IMG/VR virus record: IMGVR_UViG_3300030012_005163
Span: 32,001-96,000 of that record
Direction: 5' to 3' (one strand)
Source of the DNA: a virus
DNA: 64,000 nt
Part shown: one piece after another, positions 9,901 through 19,127 of the stretch
Layout of the letters: the number at the start of each line of letters is the position of its first letter
Position numbering within the stretch: position 1 is the stretch's first letter
Translations under genes and position numbers: made by a program
The notes under the pieces: generated by a model
What the model saw: only the letters and a program-made list of their open reading frames with translations
What the model was told of the DNA's origin: nothing
Databases searched by the model: none

Positions 9901-12900
9901 GCTAGAATAGAAGGTAGTACTTTTGGTGGGGGTGTATCAGGTAATTTACAATTTTATACTTATCCTACAGGTGGACCACTAAGTGAAGTAATGGTATTAA
10001 CAAATAACCAAAGGGTTGGTATTGGGGATATTACAAATAATGATGTAGATAAAACTCTACATGTTATGGGAGACTTCAAAATGGAAGAAACTGGAGCAAT
10101 ATTTGAGTCAGACCTTAACTTAAATAGCGGTGCGAATGTTAAATTAAGTGCGATTACAACAGATCAACTTGCTAGAATAGCAGTTGCCACACCAGGAAAT
10201 GGTGGTATTACATTTGGAGTTAGAGGTAGTACAGAGACTAGTTTTCCGGGATATGGTGCAAAAGGTGACGGTTATCTTTATTCTTCCATTCATCAAAACG
10301 GTTTAAATATAATATCTGCACCTGGTACAGATACAGAAGATTACATTAGATTTTTCGCTGGTAACGATGCGGATGGAAATACTGCAAATATGTTTATTGC
10401 GGGTACGGGTGATACTAAAGGTTATGTAGGCATAAATACTGAAACACCAACGGCACAATTGTTTATTCAAGGAGATAGTAGTACTAGTACTGGACCAACT
10501 GATCCAGATAATTTTTCTTTACAAATACAGAATAGTCTTAATCAAAATATATTATTAGTTAAAAATGGTAATAATGGAGTTGCAGGTTCTACCGCAGGTA
10601 GAGTATCTATTAATGGTAATTTTGGACCTTCTACTCCATTAGTAGACGATGACGCAGTATTTAGTGTTTTAGGTGATACTAGCAGTTTATCTACTGCATT
10701 AGGATCAGTGATGGCAATAAAAGATGGACAAACTAACACCTTACATAGTTTTTATAATAATGCTGCAACTTCTTTAGCAAAAGGAGCTACACAATACGGT
10801 AAAGTAGGTGTGGGTACAACTACTGCAGCTAGTATAGAGGCTAAATTACATGTAAAGGTTGGTGATGAATGGAAAGATACTCATGGTAATGATTTTACAC
10901 TTAGGGTAGATGGGTTACAAAATGTTGCACCTTATACGGCAACAACTGATAATATTTTAACTTTAGATAATTTTGGTAACTTAAATATTAAGAAAAGAAC
11001 CACTACTGAAAACTTTACTATGACTAGTGGTGCGACTAATGGATACGTATTAACATGTGATGCAAATGGCGTAGGAAGTTGGCAACCTTCCTCTGGTGGA
11101 ACCGGAACAGTTTTTTGGCAAACTGAAAATGGTGGTTTAAAAAGTATTAATCAAAATGCGGGAACAATTAGTGGAACATCCACAGGTGCTATATTAGTAG
11201 GTGGTTATTTCACTACTAATAATATTACGGATGGTAGAGCTTCTACAATAATAAATGGGGGATCTAATACAATAAGTGGTGCATCTGCATCCGCAATTAT
11301 TTCAACAACTAATTCAAGTATTATAGGAAATGGGTCAACTATTCAGTATAGTGTGATAGTTGGGGGACAAAGGAACACAATTAATGGTTCTTCCGATAAC
11401 GCATTAATAGGTGGTGGTACTAACAACGAAATAATCGATGGTCCAACCGCTTCAATTATTGGTGGTACTAATAACACTATAGACGACTGTAGGGGTGGTA
11501 TTTATACTTCGGAAGATTCTGAATTAAATAAGTCTTTTGAATCAGTTATTATTGGCGGTAGTGATCACATTATGGATGCATCTTCACGCTCAGTGATAGT
11601 AGGGGGTATAAATAACCTTATGGAAAGCGTAACTAGATCAGTTATTTTAGGTGGACAAAATATTACTGGAGACACTTCTGATACTGTTTACGTACCAAAT
11701 TTAAATATTAATTCTATAGGAAATGGTACACCTATCGGTAATTTAGGATTTGATTCTAGTGGTAATGTGGTTACGGGTACTACAGGTAGTGCAACATCAT
11801 TTTGGGAAGAAGCCGGATTAAGTAATGAAGTATTAATTGATGAAAAAGGTAGTAGTAGTTATACAGTAAATGGTGAATCTAATGGAGCAATTATTGCAGC
11901 AGGAACAGGACATACAATTTCCAATAGCAAATACGCTTCATTCTTAGGGGGTGTTGGCAATGTTACTAGTAATAGTACTTCTACTTTAGGTGCGGATACA
12001 CAATTAGGTGGTTTTGGTAATACTATATCTGGAAGAACCGCATTAAGTTTTAATAATGTAATGTTAGGTGGTTCATCTAACATTATTTTCTCTTCCGCTA
12101 GAGGTGCTATGTTGAGTACTTCAGATTCTAGAATGAGTGCTTGTACGGATAGTTTTATTTTAGGTGGTAGTAATCATAAAAATGGTAGTGGTAATAATGG
12201 TTTAGCACAAAATGATAACTCAGGTATTGTTGGGGGTACTAATAATACTTTTGATATTGGTGTTGATAGATCAGTAATAATTGGTGGTACAGGACTTAAT
12301 GCTACTACTAATGATACAGTTTATGTACCTAATTTAAATATTAATTCTATAGGAAATGGTACACCTATCGGTAATTTAGGGTTCGATAGTAACGGTAACG
12401 TAGTTACTGGAACAACAGGAGTAGGATCTAGCTTTAGTTGGTCTGATCCCTTAGTTAGTAGTGGTAATACATCTACAGATTGTTTAACAAATCTATATGT
12501 AGCCAACTTACGTTCTTGTTCACCACTTTATATTAATCCCGGTGATGAAGGTGATGTATATTTTGGTAGTAATAGTGGTGTTACAATACAAACTTCTTTT
12601 GGTAAAATGGGTATTGGTACACAAACACCAATATCAAAATTACATATAAATAATGGTAACGTATTAATTAGTAATGAAGATGCAATACTCGCAATTAGTT
12701 CGACTACTGTAGGTGGAAGTGGGGAATATGAAAATAGAATAAACTTTAAAAGTGCAGGGTCTAATCAATCTGACAAAATAGATGCTCAGTTAAGAACAGA
12801 AAGTAGTGGTACTAGGTCTAATTTATTCTTTGGTACTATCGCTTCCAATACATTAAGTGATAAAATGATATTAACGGGTAGAGGAAGATTAGGACTAGGT

Positions 12901-14583
12901 ACGATGAGTCCAGATAGTACTCTTCATATAAGTGGTAGTAATATACAACAATTACATATTGAATCTTCCAATAGTAATGCAGTATTAAAATTAAAATCTG
13001 ATGATGGAAACAATGCGTATATAGATTTTGATGAGACTAGTGGTAATAGATGGTTAATGGGTTCTTATAGTGTAAACGACAAATTCGTTTGGGCAACTGG
13101 AAACACTTTTAGTACTGGTGGATTAATGGCATTAACTCAAAATGGTGATTTAGGAGTTGGTAATATTTCACCTTCATCTAGATTACATGTTAATATTAGT
13201 TCATTACCTTCTTTACCCACTTTAGGTAATGACAATGTGGCGTTATTCGAATCGGATAACGAAACTGAAGTCGCCATAGTTGGTACTGAAGATAGGAATG
13301 TTACTCTTAAATTTGGTGATGAAAACTCACTAGATGGTATTATGAGATATGACAATCTTAATAAAGAATTTGGATTTCAAACAGACGGTATTAATGTTTT
13401 AGAATTAACAACTGAAAATGTTGTTAATGAGAAAGTAGTACAACTTTCGGAATTTGGTGTGGGTGATCCTCTATATACTTTACATGTATCACGATCAGGT
13501 AGTACAGGTAATTACAAATATAATATAATATCTGGTAATACCGGTTTAAGTTCGGATAGTTGTTTAGATGAATTTTATGTTACTAACTTAGAGTCTTGTT
13601 CACCATTATATATTAATAGTCAAAATCAAGGTGATGTTTACTTTGGTGATCAAGGTGGCGGTATACCAACAGTTACTTTAGATATAACTACTGTGGGTGA
13701 ACCCGCGATGTATTTCGGCCAAGATAGTTTTGTAAAGTATAATGAAACTGATAAAAAGTTAATTATTGGTGAAGATGAAACAGATGGTATAGTTGTAGTA
13801 AAAGCTTCCGGTACGGAGACTTTAGAAGTATCACCTACCAAAACTAAACTATTAGAAGGTGATTTAGAAGCGGAAGAAGGTAATATAATAATTAAATCAG
13901 GTAATAGTAAATCATTAATTGTTGAAGATATTCCTGATGTAGGAGGTGCAAATTTAGGTACTAATGTTGATGGTAAATTAATAGATATACCATCCGATAG
14001 TAGAGTGAAACAAAATATCTTAGAGTTAGGTGACGTAGTTGACCCACTAAATTTTATACAACAAGTAAGTGCCTATCAATTTGAATTTAAACCAGAGACT
14101 AGAATTAGTTCTGTAGGTAAAAAACATTATGGATTTAAAGTGGATGATTTTAGAGATAATTTAATATCTGCCGGTAAACTAACTGATTTAACTCCTGATG
14201 AATTAGTAATTAATAACATTGCAAAAACATTAGTTAAAAGATGTAAATCAAGCTTTACGGTAGGTAACAGTCAACTTAATGAAGTAGATGCTATGAATTA
14301 TCAAGATTTAATTCCTTTTATGATTGAGGGTATTAAACAATTAGATACAAACATAAATAATATTAGTAGTGGTGGAAGTAATAAATTTGTTACTACACAA
14401 ACATTGTCATCAGGACAAAATATTATAAATCATAATTTAAATGATGAAAATGTTATAGTTCAAGTTATAGAAGTTGGAACAGGACAATTAATAATCCCAA
14501 ATAAAGTTTCTAATTATCTACCAAATAGCGTAGCAATTGACGTTGAAACAGGTGGGGAACATAAAATTATAATTATTGCATAA
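6934..14583 (+). CDS. Giant tail fibre/adhesin (2549 aa) with an intramolecular chaperone (peptidase S74-like) near the C-terminus
   Basis: Arrays of IIGGxxNxI repeats and GxxGIGTxxP repeats; SDSRVKQNI...HYGF...MNYQDLIPFMIEGIKQL is the S74 signature, starting at 13993. Confidence 0.8.
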   Translation: MANEFIIKNGFVSKGNSIVEGILSGQTFNLINTPVNNNSATEILVRNSTTGVVEYRDSSTLSGGGGQTITGYTYDETTNKFSIDLSGGTSFDTTISVVSGLTVTNDLIVSGNTGIGTDTPTEKLHIKSTTNAKIKIEADINDVDDTDTADILLSQDGGISTSNIGMSPDSINDLVIGVNSTTNPSIKFATRNDGTTFSTTADTKMTLSNDGKLGIGTIPTEKLDVDGKVRIRDGAVNGYVLTSDANGVGTWLPTSGTNTFVTGATLNGTDLEIDRNDGQSQITVDLSSLAVDNNVFVDSGNANAATRQLTFTNTTGGTFNVTNAAALFSDNDINVTGGTYSPNTGCVTFKTNSGDTFDICGFVTGLTNTFVSGGTYDSSTSELTFTNTTGGTFNVDLSSLSGGTLWQTENGGLKSYTPTTGSINGTSTGSLIAGGFSTNEIFSSPGSTILNGSSNVISGSTTSALLSTQNSSIKSNPSAVSDISHATIVGGLSNTIEDTTAQPSERATIVGGSSNIINGGLDSAIIGGSDNTIVEVDSGIYTSTQSVISGGSSSAIIGGRNHLLSGNNSIILGGNGITGTSDNTVYVPNLNIGTVGGGAPLINLGLDSNGNIVTGSTSGGGTMSFTVEGDNGTPFTISSGDTLEFVGFPGIDVGVADPEVRIALDYSGADSFILAATNGTGITVDGANDKLVIYDNDTATVKYINANQLPSSGAASTPITGYSYNPTSNTFTIGLSGGTSFDSQILEVSGITVNGDITLSQIPTLNNSETAILVRNNSTGEVEYREASTLTGSTDTNTFVTGGTLSTDSLLTLGYNNGGFASSIDLSTLMDGGDTITGFTYDKTNNTFSIGVSGKTSFDSQILKVSGITVENSMELGEYIRHSGDTNTYFGFNGTDSIVAFTNASRKLRIGTNAVDLEYNGSTKLSTISDGVFVDGNLGVGTDNPLENLDVRGDVLISNPSNNSVLTLSGTALNDSIIDFDNNGVSTPFARIEGSTFGGGVSGNLQFYTYPTGGPLSEVMVLTNNQRVGIGDITNNDVDKTLHVMGDFKMEETGAIFESDLNLNSGANVKLSAITTDQLARIAVATPGNGGITFGVRGSTETSFPGYGAKGDGYLYSSIHQNGLNIISAPGTDTEDYIRFFAGNDADGNTANMFIAGTGDTKGYVGINTETPTAQLFIQGDSSTSTGPTDPDNFSLQIQNSLNQNILLVKNGNNGVAGSTAGRVSINGNFGPSTPLVDDDAVFSVLGDTSSLSTALGSVMAIKDGQTNTLHSFYNNAATSLAKGATQYGKVGVGTTTAASIEAKLHVKVGDEWKDTHGNDFTLRVDGLQNVAPYTATTDNILTLDNFGNLNIKKRTTTENFTMTSGATNGYVLTCDANGVGSWQPSSGGTGTVFWQTENGGLKSINQNAGTISGTSTGAILVGGYFTTNNITDGRASTIINGGSNTISGASASAIISTTNSSIIGNGSTIQYSVIVGGQRNTINGSSDNALIGGGTNNEIIDGPTASIIGGTNNTIDDCRGGIYTSEDSELNKSFESVIIGGSDHIMDASSRSVIVGGINNLMESVTRSVILGGQNITGDTSDTVYVPNLNINSIGNGTPIGNLGFDSSGNVVTGTTGSATSFWEEAGLSNEVLIDEKGSSSYTVNGESNGAIIAAGTGHTISNSKYASFLGGVGNVTSNSTSTLGADTQLGGFGNTISGRTALSFNNVMLGGSSNIIFSSARGAMLSTSDSRMSACTDSFILGGSNHKNGSGNNGLAQNDNSGIVGGTNNTFDIGVDRSVIIGGTGLNATTNDTVYVPNLNINSIGNGTPIGNLGFDSNGNVVTGTTGVGSSFSWSDPLVSSGNTSTDCLTNLYVANLRSCSPLYINPGDEGDVYFGSNSGVTIQTSFGKMGIGTQTPISKLHINNGNVLISNEDAILAISSTTVGGSGEYENRINFKSAGSNQSDKIDAQLRTESSGTRSNLFFGTIASNTLSDKMILTGRGRLGLGTMSPDSTLHISGSNIQQLHIESSNSNAVLKLKSDDGNNAYIDFDETSGNRWLMGSYSVNDKFVWATGNTFSTGGLMALTQNGDLGVGNISPSSRLHVNISSLPSLPTLGNDNVALFESDNETEVAIVGTEDRNVTLKFGDENSLDGIMRYDNLNKEFGFQTDGINVLELTTENVVNEKVVQLSEFGVGDPLYTLHVSRSGSTGNYKYNIISGNTGLSSDSCLDEFYVTNLESCSPLYINSQNQGDVYFGDQGGGIPTVTLDITTVGEPAMYFGQDSFVKYNETDKKLIIGEDETDGIVVVKASGTETLEVSPTKTKLLEGDLEAEEGNIIIKSGNSKSLIVEDIPDVGGANLGTNVDGKLIDIPSDSRVKQNILELGDVVDPLNFIQQVSAYQFEFKPETRISSVGKKHYGFKVDDFRDNLISAGKLTDLTPDELVINNIAKTLVKRCKSSFTVGNSQLNEVDAMNYQDLIPFMIEGIKQLDTNINNISSGGSNKFVTTQTLSSGQNIINHNLNDENVIVQVIEVGTGQLIIPNKVSNYLPNSVAIDVETGGEHKIIIIA

Positions 14584-17500
14584 TGAAAATAAATGGTAAA
14601 ATACAAATAGTTGGTGGTACACCCGGAGTTGATAGGTTATTAACATGTATAGATAGTAGTGGTAACGCAGAGTGGAAAACTTTAACAACCCCTAATGATG
14701 GTGATGATATAGTATCAGGACAAGTAACAAATAATATTTTAACCTTAACTAAAGAATCGGGTAACACAGTAGATATTAATTTAACTACTTTAACTGCAGA
14801 TTGTGGTGATTGTATCGGTAAATATGTGGACTCTATTAACATTGTAGACGATCCAGATACTGTTTGTAAACAAACGACTGTTAGTGTACAAGAAATTGTG
14901 GATTCAATAGAGACTGTTGTAGAAGTAGATCCTCTTACAATATCAAAAAGTGTCTCAGATTTTACTTTAACTAGATTTATTAATGAATGTCCATCGGGTT
15001 ATGATGTAGTTTATTCATCTACAACCACAGGATATTTTACAGAATCAACTGGTATAGGTTATAATGATTGGTGTCCTGATGGTTACACACATGATGAATT
15101 AGGTGACTACGGTAAACCCAATGGTAGTAAATGTTTTAAAGTAGTTACTAATACTACCCCCACTTGTCCTGCAGGATATACATTAGTAGGGAGTGGTGCA
15201 AATCAAATATGTGAAAAAATTACAACTGTTCCAGTTATAGATAATATGGATTTATCTGATCCTAATAATCCCGTACCCAAACCAGGATTTGTATTCGAAC
15301 CAATTACTAAAGGAAATAGTAACGCTGGTTATGGTGCAAATGGAGGATTGTTTATGGATATTGACCCATCAAACTCATACCCATTTGTTTATAGTGGTGG
15401 AACAGTCCCTCAACCATTTACATCTTCATCAAATAATTTATGGAAAGAAAGATTACATAGTTCAAATGATACTGGAACAAATAATGTAGGTATATGGGGT
15501 AACTACCCTAATGAAAATGTGGATGATCGTATATGGTTAGGATTTAACCATTGTATTGAAATTGCCGAAAGTAAAACATATGTTATTGGTATGGCGGCAG
15601 ATAATCTATGTAAATTAAGTGTTGATGGTCAACTTATTATTGAATTTACTGCAGTTAATGAAACCAGAAACTTTAAGCATTGGTGGTTATTTCCAGTTAC
15701 TTTGGATGCGGGAAAACACATTATCTCTATGGAAGGTTATGATAATGCACAAGTCGCATCTTTTGGTGCTGAAATTTATGATATGGATATGGCGACACTA
15801 AAAACTTATACTACTGAAGCGGAATTAGTGCCCACAATAATATTTTCAACTAAACCAAAACAAAATTCGTCACCCCCTAGTTATTTTGATATCAGTAATA
15901 ATCCTTCACATTTAAGATATGCTTGTCCATCAGGATTTCTTTTATCTGAATGTAGTAATGTTTTAGAATGTGTCAAAATTGAAAATGCCTCTCCAGGTCT
16001 TACTTCAATTGATGTTGTTGACACCAATCCTGAAATAGAAGTAAAATGTAGAAGTATTAATTATGAATGTCCACCTTGTCCTATAAACGATATTGTTAAA
16101 ACAAGTACATTAACAGATGCACAATGTTCTGAACAACAAAACGCTTATGAAAATCAAATAAAAGAAAAAGAAGCACAAGCATCCCAATTACAACAACAAA
16201 TAGATTCAATAGAAAGTCAAATAGAAAGTTTAAGTAATAATTCTTCAGAAATGGCAGAATCTGTAGAAGAAAGTAATGGACAAACAACAACATCAGATGG
16301 ACAAACAACAACATCAGCTGGAGAAGTATTAGGAGCATCACAAAATAAAGGTTCTACTAATACTACACCATTAAATCAGGGAGGTGTTACAGAAGTATCT
16401 GATGCAACAACCTCTAAAGATGTTGCAGATGATAGTAGTCCTACTATTAGTGAATTAACTACACAATTGAACTCATTATCACCACAATTATCTGATATAA
16501 ACGAAGAAATTTTAGATTTAAAAAACTTACTTAATACTTTAATAAAAGAGTGTGGTGGGTGTACTCATACAACAACTGGTGAACCTAGTGATGTATATTT
16601 AATAGGTGATCCTAACTATATAAACCCTAATCCAGTTCAGTGTGTATTTGAAGCACTTAATAATTTAGATACGGGTTGTTGTAAAAAAATAGAATTAACT
16701 TATAATGATGGTAGTACTACACATGTTAATATAAATGAATTATATAGTGACAATAATGATTATTCGTTAACATTAAATGATAATATACTAACATTTTCTA
16801 TGTCATCTTCTTGTAATAGTCATTTTGAAGATGTAACTGTAGATTTATCTTCATTAGGTGGGAATGGTGCAGGTGCAGACGGTGTAGGAGTAACTAGTAC
16901 CGTAGATAATGGAAATGGTACATTTACAATTAACTATAGTGATGGAACATCTTTTACTTCTAATGATTTAACAGGCCCGCAAGGACCTAAAGGTGATACA
17001 GGTGCTGCAGGTACTGATGGTAAAGATGGTACTAATGGTAGTAATGGTATACAAGGACCTAAAGGTGATAAAGGAGATACTGGAGCAGCAGGTGCTGATG
17101 GTAAAAATGGTAGTAATGGTGCACAAGGTATACAAGGACCTAAAGGTGATAAAGGTGATACTGGAGCGGCAGGTGCTGATGGTAAAAATGGCGCACAAGG
17201 TATACAAGGACCTAAAGGTGATACTGGAGCGGCAGGTGCTAACGGTAAAGATGGTATTAACGGTAACGATGGTGTTGGTGTGACTAGCACAGTAGATAAC
17301 GGAGATGGTACATTTACAATTAATTATAGTGATGGTAGTACCTTTACGACATCTAATTTAACTGGACCACAAGGACCTAAAGGTGATACCGGTGCTGATG
17401 GTAAAAATGGTAGTAATGGTGCACCAGGACCTAAAGGAGATCCTGGTAAAGATGGTGTTAATGGTAGTAATGGTACTGACGGAGTTGATGGTGTAGGTAT

Positions 17501-19079
17501 AACTAACACCATAGATAACGGAGATGGTACATTTACAATTAATTATAGTGATGGGACATCTTTTACTACATCTAATTTAACTGGCCCACAAGGACCTAAA
17601 GGAGATAGTGGTAATAATGGAACACCTGGTAATGATGGTAAAAATGGTACTAATGGTGTTGATGGTGTAGGGGTATCCAGCACTGTAGATAATGGAGATG
17701 GTACATTTACAATTAATTATAGTGATGGGACATCTTTTACTACATCTGATTTAACTGGACCTGCTGGACCTGCAGGTAGTAATGGATCCGGAAGTGATAA
17801 GTTTTTAGTAAGTGGGTCACTTATCGAAACAACCATACCTAGTGGTGGTGGAGTAAATAGTAAAACCCCTAGTGAAGAAGTTACTATGTTAAGATTAACT
17901 ATGTCTGATAGTACTAATATAGATGTTAATGTAACTGATTTAGTCGGTTCTGAAGGTGATAGTAATAGTAGTTCTTTATGGTTTGACAAACCTACAGGTA
18001 ATAACATTTATAGACATATTGGTAATGTAGGTATTGGGTTAGATTCACCTCAAAAAAGATTACATGTTAAAAGTGATAACGCAATTTTAAGATTAGAAAC
18101 AACAGAAAATGCGGGTGGTAATTTTATAGAGTTTACCGATAGCGCTGCAGTTAAAGGTGTTGTAGGTTACACAACAAAAACAGATGCATTAAATATTTGG
18201 AATCAAGAATCTACTAATGGTTCTATAAATTTAATTACTACTTCAGGTTTAGGTTTAACACTTCAAGGACAAAGTGTGGCTATTGGTGGTGTTGCACCAT
18301 TAGGAAACGAAAATTTAACTGTAAGAGGATCAAGTAGTATTTCAACAGGTTTTGGTGATACCGATCCACAATTATATTTGTTTAATGCGGATACTCATTC
18401 AGGTGGGGGTTACCATTCTGTTGATAGTACGGGTTATAAGATAGATTTATCATATCAAACAGGTGCAAATGCACCGTCAGGATGGACACATAAAGATATT
18501 AATCTTTCAATTAATGATAACATTAAGTTAAGTATTGACGGAGACAATGGTAAAGTAAGTGTTACTGATGATTTATATATTGGTGGTACTGTACAGATTA
18601 ATGGTGGTAATCCAGGTAGTGGTAAAGTATTAACTAGTGATGGTAGTGGTAATGCAACTTGGCAAACACCAACTAGTAGTGGTTCGGGTAGTGATTCATA
18701 TATAACAAATGTAACTTTAACGAGTGATTTATCAAATATGAATGTCTTAAGATTCACTCGTAATAATGGATTAAGTGATTTAAGTGTTAGTTTAAATTCA
18801 TTACAACATGATCCGGACGCAACTCATAATAGTAGAACAACGGTTACCACAACAACAAAAAATGAAACAGTAACTGTTACACATAATTTAAATAGATTTT
18901 ATCCTGTTTTTACAGTTTATCATGTTAATAGAGGAAAAGTTATTTTACCAGAAGCAGTAGGTATGGTTAATTCTACAGGTATGATACCGGCAAATGCAGT
19001 AACCGGTCCGCATCAATTACATCAAATAGATATGACATTTGCTGAACCAGGTATTTATATTATTTCATTTGTGGCATAA
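14583..19079 (+). CDS. Collagen-like fibre protein with CPxGY repeats, a PA14-like domain and a coiled coil
   Basis: Gly-X-Y runs at about 16975-17790; four DGVGxTxTxDNGxGTFTINYSDGxxFT-type spacers; YVIGMAADN.CKLSVDG...V.LDAGKH.I.MEGY resembles PA14. Confidence 0.8.
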   Translation: MKINGKIQIVGGTPGVDRLLTCIDSSGNAEWKTLTTPNDGDDIVSGQVTNNILTLTKESGNTVDINLTTLTADCGDCIGKYVDSINIVDDPDTVCKQTTVSVQEIVDSIETVVEVDPLTISKSVSDFTLTRFINECPSGYDVVYSSTTTGYFTESTGIGYNDWCPDGYTHDELGDYGKPNGSKCFKVVTNTTPTCPAGYTLVGSGANQICEKITTVPVIDNMDLSDPNNPVPKPGFVFEPITKGNSNAGYGANGGLFMDIDPSNSYPFVYSGGTVPQPFTSSSNNLWKERLHSSNDTGTNNVGIWGNYPNENVDDRIWLGFNHCIEIAESKTYVIGMAADNLCKLSVDGQLIIEFTAVNETRNFKHWWLFPVTLDAGKHIISMEGYDNAQVASFGAEIYDMDMATLKTYTTEAELVPTIIFSTKPKQNSSPPSYFDISNNPSHLRYACPSGFLLSECSNVLECVKIENASPGLTSIDVVDTNPEIEVKCRSINYECPPCPINDIVKTSTLTDAQCSEQQNAYENQIKEKEAQASQLQQQIDSIESQIESLSNNSSEMAESVEESNGQTTTSDGQTTTSAGEVLGASQNKGSTNTTPLNQGGVTEVSDATTSKDVADDSSPTISELTTQLNSLSPQLSDINEEILDLKNLLNTLIKECGGCTHTTTGEPSDVYLIGDPNYINPNPVQCVFEALNNLDTGCCKKIELTYNDGSTTHVNINELYSDNNDYSLTLNDNILTFSMSSSCNSHFEDVTVDLSSLGGNGAGADGVGVTSTVDNGNGTFTINYSDGTSFTSNDLTGPQGPKGDTGAAGTDGKDGTNGSNGIQGPKGDKGDTGAAGADGKNGSNGAQGIQGPKGDKGDTGAAGADGKNGAQGIQGPKGDTGAAGANGKDGINGNDGVGVTSTVDNGDGTFTINYSDGSTFTTSNLTGPQGPKGDTGADGKNGSNGAPGPKGDPGKDGVNGSNGTDGVDGVGITNTIDNGDGTFTINYSDGTSFTTSNLTGPQGPKGDSGNNGTPGNDGKNGTNGVDGVGVSSTVDNGDGTFTINYSDGTSFTTSDLTGPAGPAGSNGSGSDKFLVSGSLIETTIPSGGGVNSKTPSEEVTMLRLTMSDSTNIDVNVTDLVGSEGDSNSSSLWFDKPTGNNIYRHIGNVGIGLDSPQKRLHVKSDNAILRLETTENAGGNFIEFTDSAAVKGVVGYTTKTDALNIWNQESTNGSINLITTSGLGLTLQGQSVAIGGVAPLGNENLTVRGSSSISTGFGDTDPQLYLFNADTHSGGGYHSVDSTGYKIDLSYQTGANAPSGWTHKDINLSINDNIKLSIDGDNGKVSVTDDLYIGGTVQINGGNPGSGKVLTSDGSGNATWQTPTSSGSGSDSYITNVTLTSDLSNMNVLRFTRNNGLSDLSVSLNSLQHDPDATHNSRTTVTTTTKNETVTVTHNLNRFYPVFTVYHVNRGKVILPEAVGMVNSTGMIPANAVTGPHQLHQIDMTFAEPGIYIISFVA
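16276..16317 (+). repeat. Perfect 21-bp tandem duplication (ATGGACAAACAACAACATCAG x2) in a linker
   Basis: Read directly; encodes NGQTTTSDGQTTTS. Confidence 0.9.
16860..17790 (+). repeat. Collagen Gly-X-Y repeats interleaved with four copies of a roughly 30-aa beta spacer
   Basis: Repeated GGACCTAAAGGTGAT and GGTACATTTACAATTAA(T/C)TATAGTGATGG strings. Confidence 0.9.
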
Positions 19080-19127
19080 ATTAAAATTTAATTGTTATTT
19101 CTTAATATTTATTAATAAACTATATTA

